Under the pieces are notes generated by a model. That model searched no databases. It saw nothing but the letters and a program-made list of their open reading frames with translations, and was not told the DNA's origin. 31,081 nucleotides of DNA from Bacteroidales bacterium (GTDB taxonomy: Bacteria > Bacteroidota > Bacteroidia > Bacteroidales > UBA1715), in contig JAISIO010000143.1 in NCBI GenBank assembly GCA_031262005.1, positions 1 to 31,081 of the forward strand. Reading direction: 5' to 3'. Each line of letters begins with the position of its first letter. Position 1 is the stretch's first letter. Positions 1-8,442 of the stretch are shown one piece after another. Both the position numbers and the translations under genes were made by a program.

Positions 1-849
1 AAATATTACACTCATTATAGTGTGCAAAAACCATCGACCGACACTATTGCGGTAAATGCGGATAACACACCGTTTGAGAATACCGATGGCAGTTTACTGT
101 TCCGTCCTGCCGGACACGGAGCGTTGATAGAAAATCTAAATGATTTGGATTTTGATATAATTTTCATAAAAAATATAGATAATGTAGTGCCCGATTCTCA
201 CAAAGACATAACGGTTTTGTATAAAAAAGTATTGGCAGGTATTCTTATAGATTATCAAAATACGGTGTATAAGTATGTTGCGAAAATCAGCAAAAGCCGT
301 CACTTGTCCGACAAACGCTTTCGCAATGTGTGTAAATTTCTTTCGGAAGAATTATTTTTCCGTTTCCCGGAAGGCTTTGAAACATGGGCACGCAACGATT
401 GCAAAGAATATATTTTGGAAATTCTCAATCGTCCGATTCGCGTGTGCGGTATGGTGAAAAATGAAGGAGAACCGGGTGGTGGCCCCTTTTTTGTGCAGGA
501 AAGCGACGGCGCACAAACGTTGCAAATTATAGAAAAAGCCCAAATTGATGTGGACAATAAACAACAAATGGAAATTTTGAATGCGTCTACGCATTTCAAT
601 CCGGTAGACTTGGTGTGCGGTGTGAAAAATAGCGATGGCAAAAAATACAATTTGCTTGATTTTGTTGATGAAAATTCGGGAATTATTACCGAAAAAAGCA
701 GTAACGGCAAGGCTTTAAAAGCATTGGAATTACCCGGTTTGTGGAATGGTGCAATGTCGAACTGGAACACAATTTTTGTGGAAGTGCCCATAGAAACCTT
801 CAATCCGGTAAAAGAAATTACCGATTTGTTGCGTCCGGAACATTTGTAG
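1..849 (+). CDS. DUF4301 family protein (nucleotidyltransferase-like fold), 5'-truncated by the window edge
   Basis: Frame 1 is open from base 1 (KYYTHYSVQKPSTD...). Motifs LLFRPAGHGALIENLN, IFIKNIDNV, RPIRVCGMVKNEGEPGGGPF, THFNPVDLVC and LELPGLWNGAM...WNTIFVEVP are characteristic of DUF4301. Confidence 0.88.
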   Translation, partial: KYYTHYSVQKPSTDTIAVNADNTPFENTDGSLLFRPAGHGALIENLNDLDFDIIFIKNIDNVVPDSHKDITVLYKKVLAGILIDYQNTVYKYVAKISKSRHLSDKRFRNVCKFLSEELFFRFPEGFETWARNDCKEYILEILNRPIRVCGMVKNEGEPGGGPFFVQESDGAQTLQIIEKAQIDVDNKQQMEILNASTHFNPVDLVCGVKNSDGKKYNLLDFVDENSGIITEKSSNGKALKALELPGLWNGAMSNWNTIFVEVPIETFNPVKEITDLLRPEHL

Positions 850-977
850 ATAACGAAAGGATAGCCTTGCGTGAAGCGCAAGTGTGAGATGAGAAGCAAT
901 CTATATGTTAAAAATGCGATACTACGTTGCATTATAATTGGTACGCTTTGGATTAATACAAAGTATACCGTGCTATA

Positions 978-2393
978 ATGATTTTTGAAAATCAAAACCG
1001 TATGAACAATAACGAAGAAGAATTCACTTCATTACTCAAAAAATGCGAGCAAATGTTGGCAAGCAAAAAAGAAGTATATTTTGATGTCGATGAGTTTTTG
1101 GAACTCATTGATTACTATACCGAACACGACGAAGATGAGGCAACAATAGAACAACTCTATACCTATGCGCAAAAACAACATGGTTTCCATTCGGAAATAG
1201 AAGCAAGTCGAGCAATGTTCCTCGTTGATTGTATGCGCGAAGACGATGCATTGCAAATATTTCATAAACTAATTAAATTAGAGCCTGACGATGGCTATCA
1301 TGCTGCCGATTTGAGTTTTATTTATGCGCATAAAGGCGATATTGCCAATGCATTTTTTTATCTAAAACGAGCCATTGCGTTGAATCCCGAAGAAGAAGAA
1401 AATACCGTGTGTTATATAGCTACGGAACTTCTCTTGCACGCACATTACGAAGCTGCGCAAAAATTGTTACAGCACACGTTGAACAAATATCCCAACAATT
1501 CGGAATTATTGTATTATTCGGCAATGTGCTATACCTCAATGGGTAATACAGAAAAAGGCATTGCACTGCTACAATCTGTAGTGCAAGCCGATCCGTATAA
1601 TTCCGATGCGTGGTTCAATTTGGGTGTAGCCTATTGGCAAAGCAGTCAATTCGCCGAAGCCATTGAGGCTTTGGACTATGCGCTGGCAATTAATGCCGAA
1701 TTTGTAGCAGCACTTTTTGTAAAAGCTACGTGTTTGGTAGCCATGAAAGCAACCGATGAAGCCATACAAATATTGAAAGAAATTGTGGAAATTGCCCCCA
1801 ATCATATAGAGGCGCTCGACTCGTTAGCCGATTGTTATGCCGAATTGGAGGATTTTGAACAGTCAGTCAATTGCCGAATTGCACTACTCGAAGTAGACCC
1901 CGACCATGCAAAATCGTGGGCACGGCTGGCAAAAATGTATGCACTCGACGAAGATTACAAACAAGCGGTAGAATTATACAAAAAAGCAATAGAATTGGAG
2001 CCTGACAATGGTGAAATTGTCATGGATTTCGCTCTTTTGCTTAATGTACTTGATTTATATGATGAGGCTATTTCGGTGTGTAAACAAGCGGTAAAATTTG
2101 AGCCGAACAATGCAGAACTATGGTTGCACTATGCAAATGTGGAACGCAGTAACAAAAAAATTGACAAAGCACTGAAAGTGCTGCAACAAGCACTCAAACA
2201 TACCGATGAAGCTGTTATACATTATACCATAGCGGAATTATATATTCAGCAGAAAAAAATTGATAAAGCCGTAGAATATTTTACCTTTGCCTACGCAAAA
2301 GCCCCCGAAATGGCTGATGTGTTTTTTGAAAACTGTACAATCCCTACCAAAGAATTAGAATTATTTCACTCAATAATACATACAAATTTATGA
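978..2393 (+). CDS. Tetratricopeptide repeat protein
   Basis: About 10 helical 34-aa repeats with TPR consensus (e.g. DAWFNLGVAYWQSSQFAEAIEALDYALAINAE; KSWARLAKMYALDEDYKQAVELYKKAIELEPD). N-terminal YFDVDEFLELIDYY is typical of the Bacteroidota family. The start could instead be the ATG at 1002. Confidence 0.9.
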   Translation: MIFENQNRMNNNEEEFTSLLKKCEQMLASKKEVYFDVDEFLELIDYYTEHDEDEATIEQLYTYAQKQHGFHSEIEASRAMFLVDCMREDDALQIFHKLIKLEPDDGYHAADLSFIYAHKGDIANAFFYLKRAIALNPEEEENTVCYIATELLLHAHYEAAQKLLQHTLNKYPNNSELLYYSAMCYTSMGNTEKGIALLQSVVQADPYNSDAWFNLGVAYWQSSQFAEAIEALDYALAINAEFVAALFVKATCLVAMKATDEAIQILKEIVEIAPNHIEALDSLADCYAELEDFEQSVNCRIALLEVDPDHAKSWARLAKMYALDEDYKQAVELYKKAIELEPDNGEIVMDFALLLNVLDLYDEAISVCKQAVKFEPNNAELWLHYANVERSNKKIDKALKVLQQALKHTDEAVIHYTIAELYIQQKKIDKAVEYFTFAYAKAPEMADVFFENCTIPTKELELFHSIIHTNL

Positions 2394-3157
2394 TGAATTT
2401 TGAATTACCCTTCGTTCCCGTGCGGGACAAAAAACCAAGACAAAAAGCCATGACAATGGTTATAGATAAAGGTTTGACTTCGATTGAAGCCACAGGAATT
2501 GCTTGCGATTGCGCTGAGTATGTGGATTTTATTAAAATAGGATTCGGCACATCGCTCATTACGCCCAACTTGAAAGAAAAAGTTGAAATTTACAAAGAAG
2601 CAGGAATTACTCCATACTTTGGTGGAACACTTTTTGAACTCTTTGCTGCTCGTAATATGTTCAACGAATATCAAGAATTTTTAGGGAAATACAACATAGA
2701 ACTCGCCGAAGTAAGCGATGGAACTATGGATATGGAACACTCGCAAAAACTTGCATACATTAAGGAATTGAAGAAAAATTTTACGGTAATTTCCGAAGTG
2801 GGTTCAAAAGACGCAAGTGTGTACTACACACCGGAAGAATGGATACAACAAATGCAAGCTGAATTTGCAGCCGGTTCGGTAAAAGTAATTACAGAAGCTC
2901 GCGAAAGCGGCACAATCGGAATTTTCAATAAAGACGGTTCGCCTAATATGGAACTTATTAACTTTATTAGCAACAATATTGCAATTGATACAATTATGTG
3001 GGAAGCCCCGCTTAAAGCACAGCAAGCTATGTTTATCAATCTTTTTGGCTGTGATGTGAATTTGGGAAATATTGCTACAAACGAGATTATAGCCTTAGAG
3101 TCGCTCCGTATGGGATTGCGTGGTGATACGTTTTATAAAATTTTGCCGAAAAATTAA
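2390..3157 (+). CDS. comA: Phosphosulfolactate synthase (ComA/HSA32) family protein
   Basis: Motifs TMVIDKGL, VDFIKIGFGTS, PYFGGTLFE, EVSDGT, SEVGSKD, VITEARESG, IMWEAP and NLGNI...ALESLRMGLRGDT. ATGA overlap with the TPR stop codon. Confidence 0.88.
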   Translation: MMNFELPFVPVRDKKPRQKAMTMVIDKGLTSIEATGIACDCAEYVDFIKIGFGTSLITPNLKEKVEIYKEAGITPYFGGTLFELFAARNMFNEYQEFLGKYNIELAEVSDGTMDMEHSQKLAYIKELKKNFTVISEVGSKDASVYYTPEEWIQQMQAEFAAGSVKVITEARESGTIGIFNKDGSPNMELINFISNNIAIDTIMWEAPLKAQQAMFINLFGCDVNLGNIATNEIIALESLRMGLRGDTFYKILPKN

Positions 3158-3465
3158 TAGATAAGAGCAAAACACTATTACTATCGAATGCTTCCAATTA
3201 TTGCAATAACTATGATAGATTGCTATTGAAAAATATGCTCAATATCATATAACGACAGTATACATGGTATAGAATTTCTATATAATTTTGGGGTTTGCTT
3301 AGAGTGTTTCTTATTGTATACATAATCAACACTGTGATTCTTTAAAAATTGATTGTGATATAAGAAATTGCGCCGATTAAGCGATAGTTGATTTTCGATT
3401 CGCTTGTATGGTTATAATGCGATTTTTATTCGAACTAAAAAAAATAATTAAAAATTAATATATAA

Positions 3466-4626
3466 ATGAATAATTTCAATTTCTACAATCCGGTTTCTAT
3501 CATTTTTGGAAAAAATACCATTGCCCAACTTGCCGATATATTACCGGAAAATGAAAAAATTATGCTGCTCTATGGTGGCGGAAGCATTAAACGGAATGGT
3601 GTGTACGAGCAAGTAACAAAAGCACTAAAAGGCTTTGATTACATAGAATTTAGCGGAATAGAACCCAATCCGAGTTACGAAACCATGATGGAAGCATATG
3701 AAATAGCGAAAACCGAAAAAGTTACGTTTCTATTGCCTGTAGGGGGTGGCTCGGTTATTGACGGTACTAAATTTTTGGCAGCAGCTCTTTGTTTGCCACA
3801 AGGTGTAGACCCATGGGGAATTTTACAAGGAACGGTTCCTGTGAAAAAAGCTATGCCGCTCGGTTGTGTGCTTACTTTGCCTGCTACCGGTTCCGAAATG
3901 AATGGAAGTTCGGTAGTTTCACGCAAAAGTACTCGTGAAAAACTAAGCTTCGGAAGTCCGTTGGTAATGCCCAAATTTTCAATCTTAGACCCCGAAGTAT
4001 GTTTTTCGTTGCCCGACAAACAAATAGCAAACGGTATTGTTGATGCATTTATTCACGTTATGGAGCAATATTTGACTATTCCAAACAATACTCCGTTACA
4101 GGATTTGTGGGCAGAAGGAATACTTCGAGTATTGATTGACGAAGCTCCGATAGTAATGGCAGAACACTCGAATTACGATGCCATGGCAAATTTTATGTGG
4201 AGCGCAACAATGGCTCTCAATGGAATAATTTCGCGTGGAGCAATTGAGGATTGGAGTACGCACGTTATAGGACATGAATTGACAGCTCTTCACGGCATAG
4301 ACCACGGACGCACGCTGGCAATAGTACTACCCGGTAATATGAACATTCGCCGTGCGGTGAAAGGCAAAAAAATTATACAATATGGCGAACGAATTTGGGG
4401 AATTACCGAAGGAAGCGATGATGAAAAAATTGACAAAACGATAGAAAAAACCGTTGCGTTCTTTGAATCGTTGGGCGTTCCTACTCGTTTGAGTGCCTAT
4501 AATTTGGGTAAAGAAACTTGCATTGAAGTTGCTCAACGCTTAGCCAATCGTGGCGTAGTTAATTTTGGCGAAGCCGGCGATATTACCCAAGAAACTGTTG
4601 TTGCAATTTTGGAAGATAGACTCTAA
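3466..4626 (+). CDS. yqhD: Iron-containing alcohol dehydrogenase, YqhD/butanol dehydrogenase type
   Basis: LYGGGSIKRNG, GIEPNP, GGGSVIDGTK, LTLPATGSEMN; metal ligands in VDAFIH, THVIGHELTA and IDHG. Confidence 0.88.
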   Translation: MNNFNFYNPVSIIFGKNTIAQLADILPENEKIMLLYGGGSIKRNGVYEQVTKALKGFDYIEFSGIEPNPSYETMMEAYEIAKTEKVTFLLPVGGGSVIDGTKFLAAALCLPQGVDPWGILQGTVPVKKAMPLGCVLTLPATGSEMNGSSVVSRKSTREKLSFGSPLVMPKFSILDPEVCFSLPDKQIANGIVDAFIHVMEQYLTIPNNTPLQDLWAEGILRVLIDEAPIVMAEHSNYDAMANFMWSATMALNGIISRGAIEDWSTHVIGHELTALHGIDHGRTLAIVLPGNMNIRRAVKGKKIIQYGERIWGITEGSDDEKIDKTIEKTVAFFESLGVPTRLSAYNLGKETCIEVAQRLANRGVVNFGEAGDITQETVVAILEDRL

Positions 4627-4661
4627 AAGAATACATCGTGTTACGCACGGTATGCATTGAT

Positions 4662-4713
4662 ACATACCTACGACGGTACATATAAAACTGTATTGTTGTA
4701 GGTATGTTTTTTT
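4662..4713 (+). terminator. Intrinsic terminator after the alcohol dehydrogenase gene
   Basis: ACATACCTACGACGGTACA-TATAAAAC-TGTATTGTTGTAGGTATGT forms a ~19-bp stem with G-U pairs, running into a T7 tract at 4707-4713. Confidence 0.75.
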
Positions 4714-4762
4714 ATTATTGCTGCCAAATAAAAACTTGTTCGTTAAATTTTAGATATTTTAT

Positions 4763-4792
4763 TTTGTCGTTAAATAAAAAAAATTACCTTTG
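4763..4792 (+). promoter_or_regulatory. Bacteroidota sigma-70 promoter of the nuo operon
   Basis: -33 TTTG at 4763-4766 and -7 TACCTTTG (TAnnTTTG) at 4785-4792, spacer 18 nt, 35 nt upstream of the nuoA ATG. Confidence 0.7.
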
Positions 4793-4827
4793 CCCCCAAA
4801 TTCAGTTTTACACAAAAACGCACAATA

Positions 4828-5193
4828 ATGAACAGCGAAGGTTTAATTCTTATGTTTTTACTCGGTGTAGCCTTAGTGGGCTTAGCCGTACTCTTTTCAA
4901 GTTTAGTTCCTCACAAAACGAAAAACAAACAAAAGTCGGAGCCGTATGAATCGGGCGTGCCAACAATTGGTAAAACGTGGATTCAATTCAATGTAGGCTA
5001 TTATTTATTTGCTATTATATTCCTTGTTTTTGCGGTAGAGGCGGTATTTTTATTCCCTTGGGCAGCAGTAATGAAAGGAATGGTTGCCGACGGATTAGGA
5101 ATGATAGCTTATGCAGAGCTAATAATATTCTGCATAATATTAGGTTTAGGACTTTTATACGCGTGGAAAAAACAAGCATTAAAATGGGAGTAG
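4828..5193 (+). CDS. nuoA: NADH-quinone oxidoreductase subunit A
   Basis: Three hydrophobic segments; [46 protein letters not shown]. Confidence 0.95.
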   Translation: MNSEGLILMFLLGVALVGLAVLFSSLVPHKTKNKQKSEPYESGVPTIGKTWIQFNVGYYLFAIIFLVFAVEAVFLFPWAAVMKGMVADGLGMIAYAELIIFCIILGLGLLYAWKKQALKWE

Positions 5194-5741
5194 CAGAAAA
5201 AGAATATTCTTCGCTCGAAGAATTGAAATTAGACCTTAACCGCACAAAAGCCGGTCAAGGGGGATTTATTCTTACAAAATTAGACGATTTGGTAAATTGG
5301 GGACGCAAAAATTCTTTGTGGCCTCTTACGTTTGCCACAAGTTGTTGCGGTATAGAAATGATGGCAGCCGGAGCACCGCGCCACGACTTTTCTCGATTCG
5401 GTATGGAAGTATACCGAGCTTCGCCTCGTCAAGCCGACTTGATAGTGATAGCCGGAACAATTACACAGAAAATGGCACCTGTTCTCAAACGTTTGTACGA
5501 CCAAATGTCTGAGCCGAAATATGTAGTAGCAATGGGTTCATGCGCTGTATCTGGCGGTCCGTTTTTCTACAATTCTTACAGCGTGGTTCGCGGAGCCGAT
5601 AACATAATTCCGGTAGACGTATATATTCCGGGTTGTCCGCCGCGTCCCGAAGCATTTTTTCAAGGAATGCTTGAATTGCACGAGAAAATTAAAAAAGAAT
5701 CAATGAGAGATCCTCTTGACCACGATACAAATTTTATGTAA
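5184..5741 (+). CDS. nuoB: NADH-quinone oxidoreductase subunit B
   Basis: N2 cluster motifs [16 protein letters not shown] and PGCPPRPE; RASPRQAD. Start placed at ATG 5184, overlapping the nuoA end, instead of the ORF-track 4977. Confidence 0.95.
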   Translation: MGVAEKEYSSLEELKLDLNRTKAGQGGFILTKLDDLVNWGRKNSLWPLTFATSCCGIEMMAAGAPRHDFSRFGMEVYRASPRQADLIVIAGTITQKMAPVLKRLYDQMSEPKYVVAMGSCAVSGGPFFYNSYSVVRGADNIIPVDVYIPGCPPRPEAFFQGMLELHEKIKKESMRDPLDHDTNFM

Positions 5742-5750
5742 TCAGAGCGT

Positions 5751-6215
5751 ATGACTAACGAAGAATTAAAACAACGAATTGCGCAACTTTGCGCCGATGC
5801 GGTTTGCACCGACACTCAAGATTACGTGCTTGCCGAAATTCCTGCAAATAGTCTTTTTGCAGTTGCAAAACAGTTACAAGAACAACCCGACACACAGTTC
5901 GACTATTTATATAGCCTTACAGGCGTGGATTATAATCCCGAATTGGGCGTTGTATATCACTTGGAATCAACCACATTGCACCATAAAATTACTTTAGTTG
6001 CCAAAACTGCCGACCGTGAAAATGCACGATTGGATTCAGTGTGCGAACTATGGAAAACTGCCGAATTGCAGGAGCGAGAAGTGTATGATTTATTGGGAAT
6101 TACGTTCAACAACCACCCCGATATGCGTCGCCTACTGTTGGACGAAGAATGGCATGGACACCCGTTGCGTAAAGATTACAGCAATCCGCAACTTATAGTT
6201 GATTTAATAAAATAA
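5751..6215 (+). CDS. nuoC: NADH-quinone oxidoreductase subunit C (stand-alone, not fused to D)
   Basis: FDYLYSLTGVDY, VVYHLES, WKTAELQEREVYDLLGITFNNHPDMRRLLL, GHPLRKDY. Confidence 0.95.
   Translation: MTNEELKQRIAQLCADAVCTDTQDYVLAEIPANSLFAVAKQLQEQPDTQFDYLYSLTGVDYNPELGVVYHLESTTLHHKITLVAKTADRENARLDSVCELWKTAELQEREVYDLLGITFNNHPDMRRLLLDEEWHGHPLRKDYSNPQLIVDLIK
6193..6215 (+). repeat. Left copy of 23-bp imperfect direct repeat (attL-like), equal to the last codons and stop of nuoC
   Basis: TTATAGTTGATTTAATAAAATAA; 20/23 identical to 10029-10051. Confidence 0.8.
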
Positions 6216-6220
6216 AAATC

Positions 6221-7528
6221 ATGAGAATAGTTGGTCTTGTTGTGAGTTTACTGTTTGTTGTAACCATGGGAGTTGCACAAATGGAAGTGAATAACACGAC
6301 AGGCAATATCTCAATAGGTACTGTAGTTCCCAATACTGACACCAAACTGCTTATGCAAAGTGCAAGTTTGTATGGAATGTATATGGTAAATACAGGAGTT
6401 ACTACTGGTTCACCAGCTCAGCCGAACAAAACAGCCAATGGAATTTATATACACAATAGTGCAGGTAGTTATTCTGGCACTAGCACGGGAATAGCTATAG
6501 AAAATTCGGCTTCTGGTGCGGGTGGTTTTCCTGGTTCTCACTCGATTGGATTATCTATAAATAATACAGGTTACGGTGGTGCTAGCGGTACTTATGCGTA
6601 TGGGATTTCTTGCGAGAATACGATAACAGCACCAATAACAGCTTCTGCGTATGGAGGGCGTTTTACAACAACAACAACCTCTACCGAAGCTAACGTTTAT
6701 GGCATATATTCAACGGTTTCGGGTGTAACTCCGGCAAAAACCTATTCCGGTTATTTTACAGGAGGCAGAGTATTGATTAATAATAATGATTTGTATGTAA
6801 CTGGTAATGTGTATGCTAATAATTTTCCTATTACAAGTGACGAACGCTTAAAAAGTGATATAAAACCATTAACAAATGAAATAGATAAACTGTATCAATT
6901 ACAGGGAAAATCATACAAAAAAGCCGCTGTTGTTATTGAACTACAAGATACGTTATCAATAGAATTACGAGCTAAAAATGAAAGGAAAATTGTTGATCCT
7001 ATTGCTGAGTTTGGCTATTTAGCACAAGAATTGAAAGAAGTTTTTCCTGAATTGGTGAGCATGGATTCTACGAGTGGTTATTATTCGGTAAATTATATCG
7101 GTTTAATTCCTGTAATGGTAGAAGCATTGAAAGTTCAACAACAAAGAATAGAATACTTAGAAGAAACTATAGCAGGTTTTAATACAAATGATACTCTAAA
7201 ATCGGCTGCAATAGACGAAAGCGAAGCAATACAAAATATGTGTTTTTCTGATAATGCAGCAATAGAAGGTTTGAAACTCTATCAAAATGCACCAAATCCA
7301 TTTAATGAACGTACAACAGTAAAATGTTATGTGCCACAGCAAATTCAAAAAGTGCAGTTGTGTGTTTATAATATGCAAGGTGTGCAAGTACAATGTATAA
7401 CTATTGTAGAACGTGGGAACATTTCTATTGAAATAGAAGCGGGGGCACTTTCGGCAGGCATTTATGGTTATGTGTTGCTTGCTGACGGTGCTGCGAGTGA
7501 AACTAAACAAATGATTCTGACTAAATAA
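6221..7528 (+). CDS. Secreted tail-fibre-like protein: signal peptide, beta-helix-like repeats, peptidase S74 intramolecular chaperone, coiled coil and T9SS type A C-terminal domain
   Basis: Signal peptide MRIVGLVVSLLFVVTMGVA-Q; repeats GMYMVN/GIYIHN/GIAIEN/GLSINN/GISCEN/GIYSTV; S74 start TSDERLKSDIKPL (Ser206), FGYLAQELKEVFPELV and VNYIGLIPVMVEALK; CTD LYQNAPNPF...VYNMQG...GIYGYVL...KQMILTK. Confidence 0.88.
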   Translation: MRIVGLVVSLLFVVTMGVAQMEVNNTTGNISIGTVVPNTDTKLLMQSASLYGMYMVNTGVTTGSPAQPNKTANGIYIHNSAGSYSGTSTGIAIENSASGAGGFPGSHSIGLSINNTGYGGASGTYAYGISCENTITAPITASAYGGRFTTTTTSTEANVYGIYSTVSGVTPAKTYSGYFTGGRVLINNNDLYVTGNVYANNFPITSDERLKSDIKPLTNEIDKLYQLQGKSYKKAAVVIELQDTLSIELRAKNERKIVDPIAEFGYLAQELKEVFPELVSMDSTSGYYSVNYIGLIPVMVEALKVQQQRIEYLEETIAGFNTNDTLKSAAIDESEAIQNMCFSDNAAIEGLKLYQNAPNPFNERTTVKCYVPQQIQKVQLCVYNMQGVQVQCITIVERGNISIEIEAGALSAGIYGYVLLADGAASETKQMILTK

Positions 7529-7746
7529 GGGGCGGGGTATTTAATGAAATTCAATGGGTTTCATTCGATGAAATAATGTTGTATGAGAAACGATAGGAGT
7601 TACTTGTTTAATAGCCGAGGTAATAGAAAGTTAGATACGCTTATATTCTTTGGTTGAAGTATAAACGGTTAAAAAAAATAAATATAGAATACAAAAAGAA
7701 GTAGAAAGTTATTATGCGTATGCAGAGTTTGAAGTTATATAAAATA

Positions 7747-8442
7747 ATGATTACGAGAAAAATAACTGTAAATTTATTTATAGTATTGCTGTTTGTATTC
7801 TGCGGTTGCAATAAATCAGAAAACCATCCACAAACCAATGATTTTGAAAATCAATCGACGACAATGAGTGGCACATGGAAAGTAGAAGCATTATATTCTA
7901 AAGGAGAATTGACCAATATTAGTTCATTATTCGATAATGATGCCACTTACTCGCATATTTCAATAATAATTCCGGATACTACACAAGGAATTATATCGGG
8001 TAATACATTTTATGATACATTTGAATATTCATTTAAAATAGAGGAACCTCAACAAATCTCTATATATAACTATAAAGAAACTCATTATGTTGCAAATGAA
8101 TTGATAATTTGCTTTGCACAAGAAATAGATGTTGAAGAATTTGCTGTTAATTCTAATCTTGGTGTTATGCCCAAGCGTTCATTATGGGATTGGAAAATTT
8201 GGCTTTTTGAGACAAATGGAACAAAACCATTAAGTGAGCTAATAGATATTCTATCTCAAAACGATGTCGTAAAGTATGCGCAGTACAATCATAATGGTAT
8301 TGAATTACGAAATACGAACGATGCGACTTTTAGGGAAAGTATGTATAATACTGTGAAATATGAAATTTCAAATAATGAATTAGTTTTTATAAATGCTGAA
8401 AACCAGCCTATTATTTTTCTTACTAAAATCAAAATGCCATGA
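7747..8442 (+). CDS. Lipoprotein with a META-like domain interrupted by a subtilase-propeptide-like domain
   Basis: ATG 7747 gives MITRKITVNLFIVLLFVFCG-C21 (lipobox). META-like halves GTWKVEAL...IISGNTF and TFRESM...YEISNNELVFI flank a 75-aa segment similar to the downstream S8 propeptide. ATGA overlap with the S8 start. Confidence 0.75.
   Translation: MITRKITVNLFIVLLFVFCGCNKSENHPQTNDFENQSTTMSGTWKVEALYSKGELTNISSLFDNDATYSHISIIIPDTTQGIISGNTFYDTFEYSFKIEEPQQISIYNYKETHYVANELIICFAQEIDVEEFAVNSNLGVMPKRSLWDWKIWLFETNGTKPLSELIDILSQNDVVKYAQYNHNGIELRNTNDATFRESMYNTVKYEISNNELVFINAENQPIIFLTKIKMP

Noticed and set aside
866-882. Hairpin CTTGCG-TGAAG-CGCAAG after DUF4301
   Set aside because: No U-tract on either strand; too short to call a terminator or repeat element.
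300-995. 231-aa minus-strand ORF
   Set aside because: Antisense shadow of the well-supported DUF4301 gene, with no recognisable motif.
3198-3209. Perfect palindrome TTATTGCAATAA upstream of the alcohol dehydrogenase, and a nearby TTGTGAT considered as a Rex box
   Set aside because: A single AT-rich palindrome is plausible by chance, and the Rex consensus (TTGTGAA-N4-TTCACAA) lacks its right half here.
4635-4713. Two tandem hairpins after the alcohol dehydrogenase considered as an ncRNA or MITE
   Set aside because: Adequately explained as an ordinary long terminator; no second copy, target duplication or known RNA motif seen.
4977-5183. ORF-track N-terminal extension of nuoB (similarly 12275 for nuoI, 7714 for the lipoprotein, 23352 for the STN protein and 28370 for rimP)
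   Set aside because: The extensions overlap upstream genes or promoters and lack family similarity; downstream ATGs give normal N-termini or signal peptides.
6221-7528. Prophage interpretation of the tail-fibre-like gene
   Set aside because: It has a Sec signal and T9SS domain, and no capsid, terminase, portal or integrase genes are in the window.
7624-7711. 10-bp direct repeat TAGAAAGTTA at 7624-7633 and 7702-7711
   Set aside because: Only two copies in very AT-rich DNA and unrelated to the flanking 23-bp repeat; no evidence for an internal att site.
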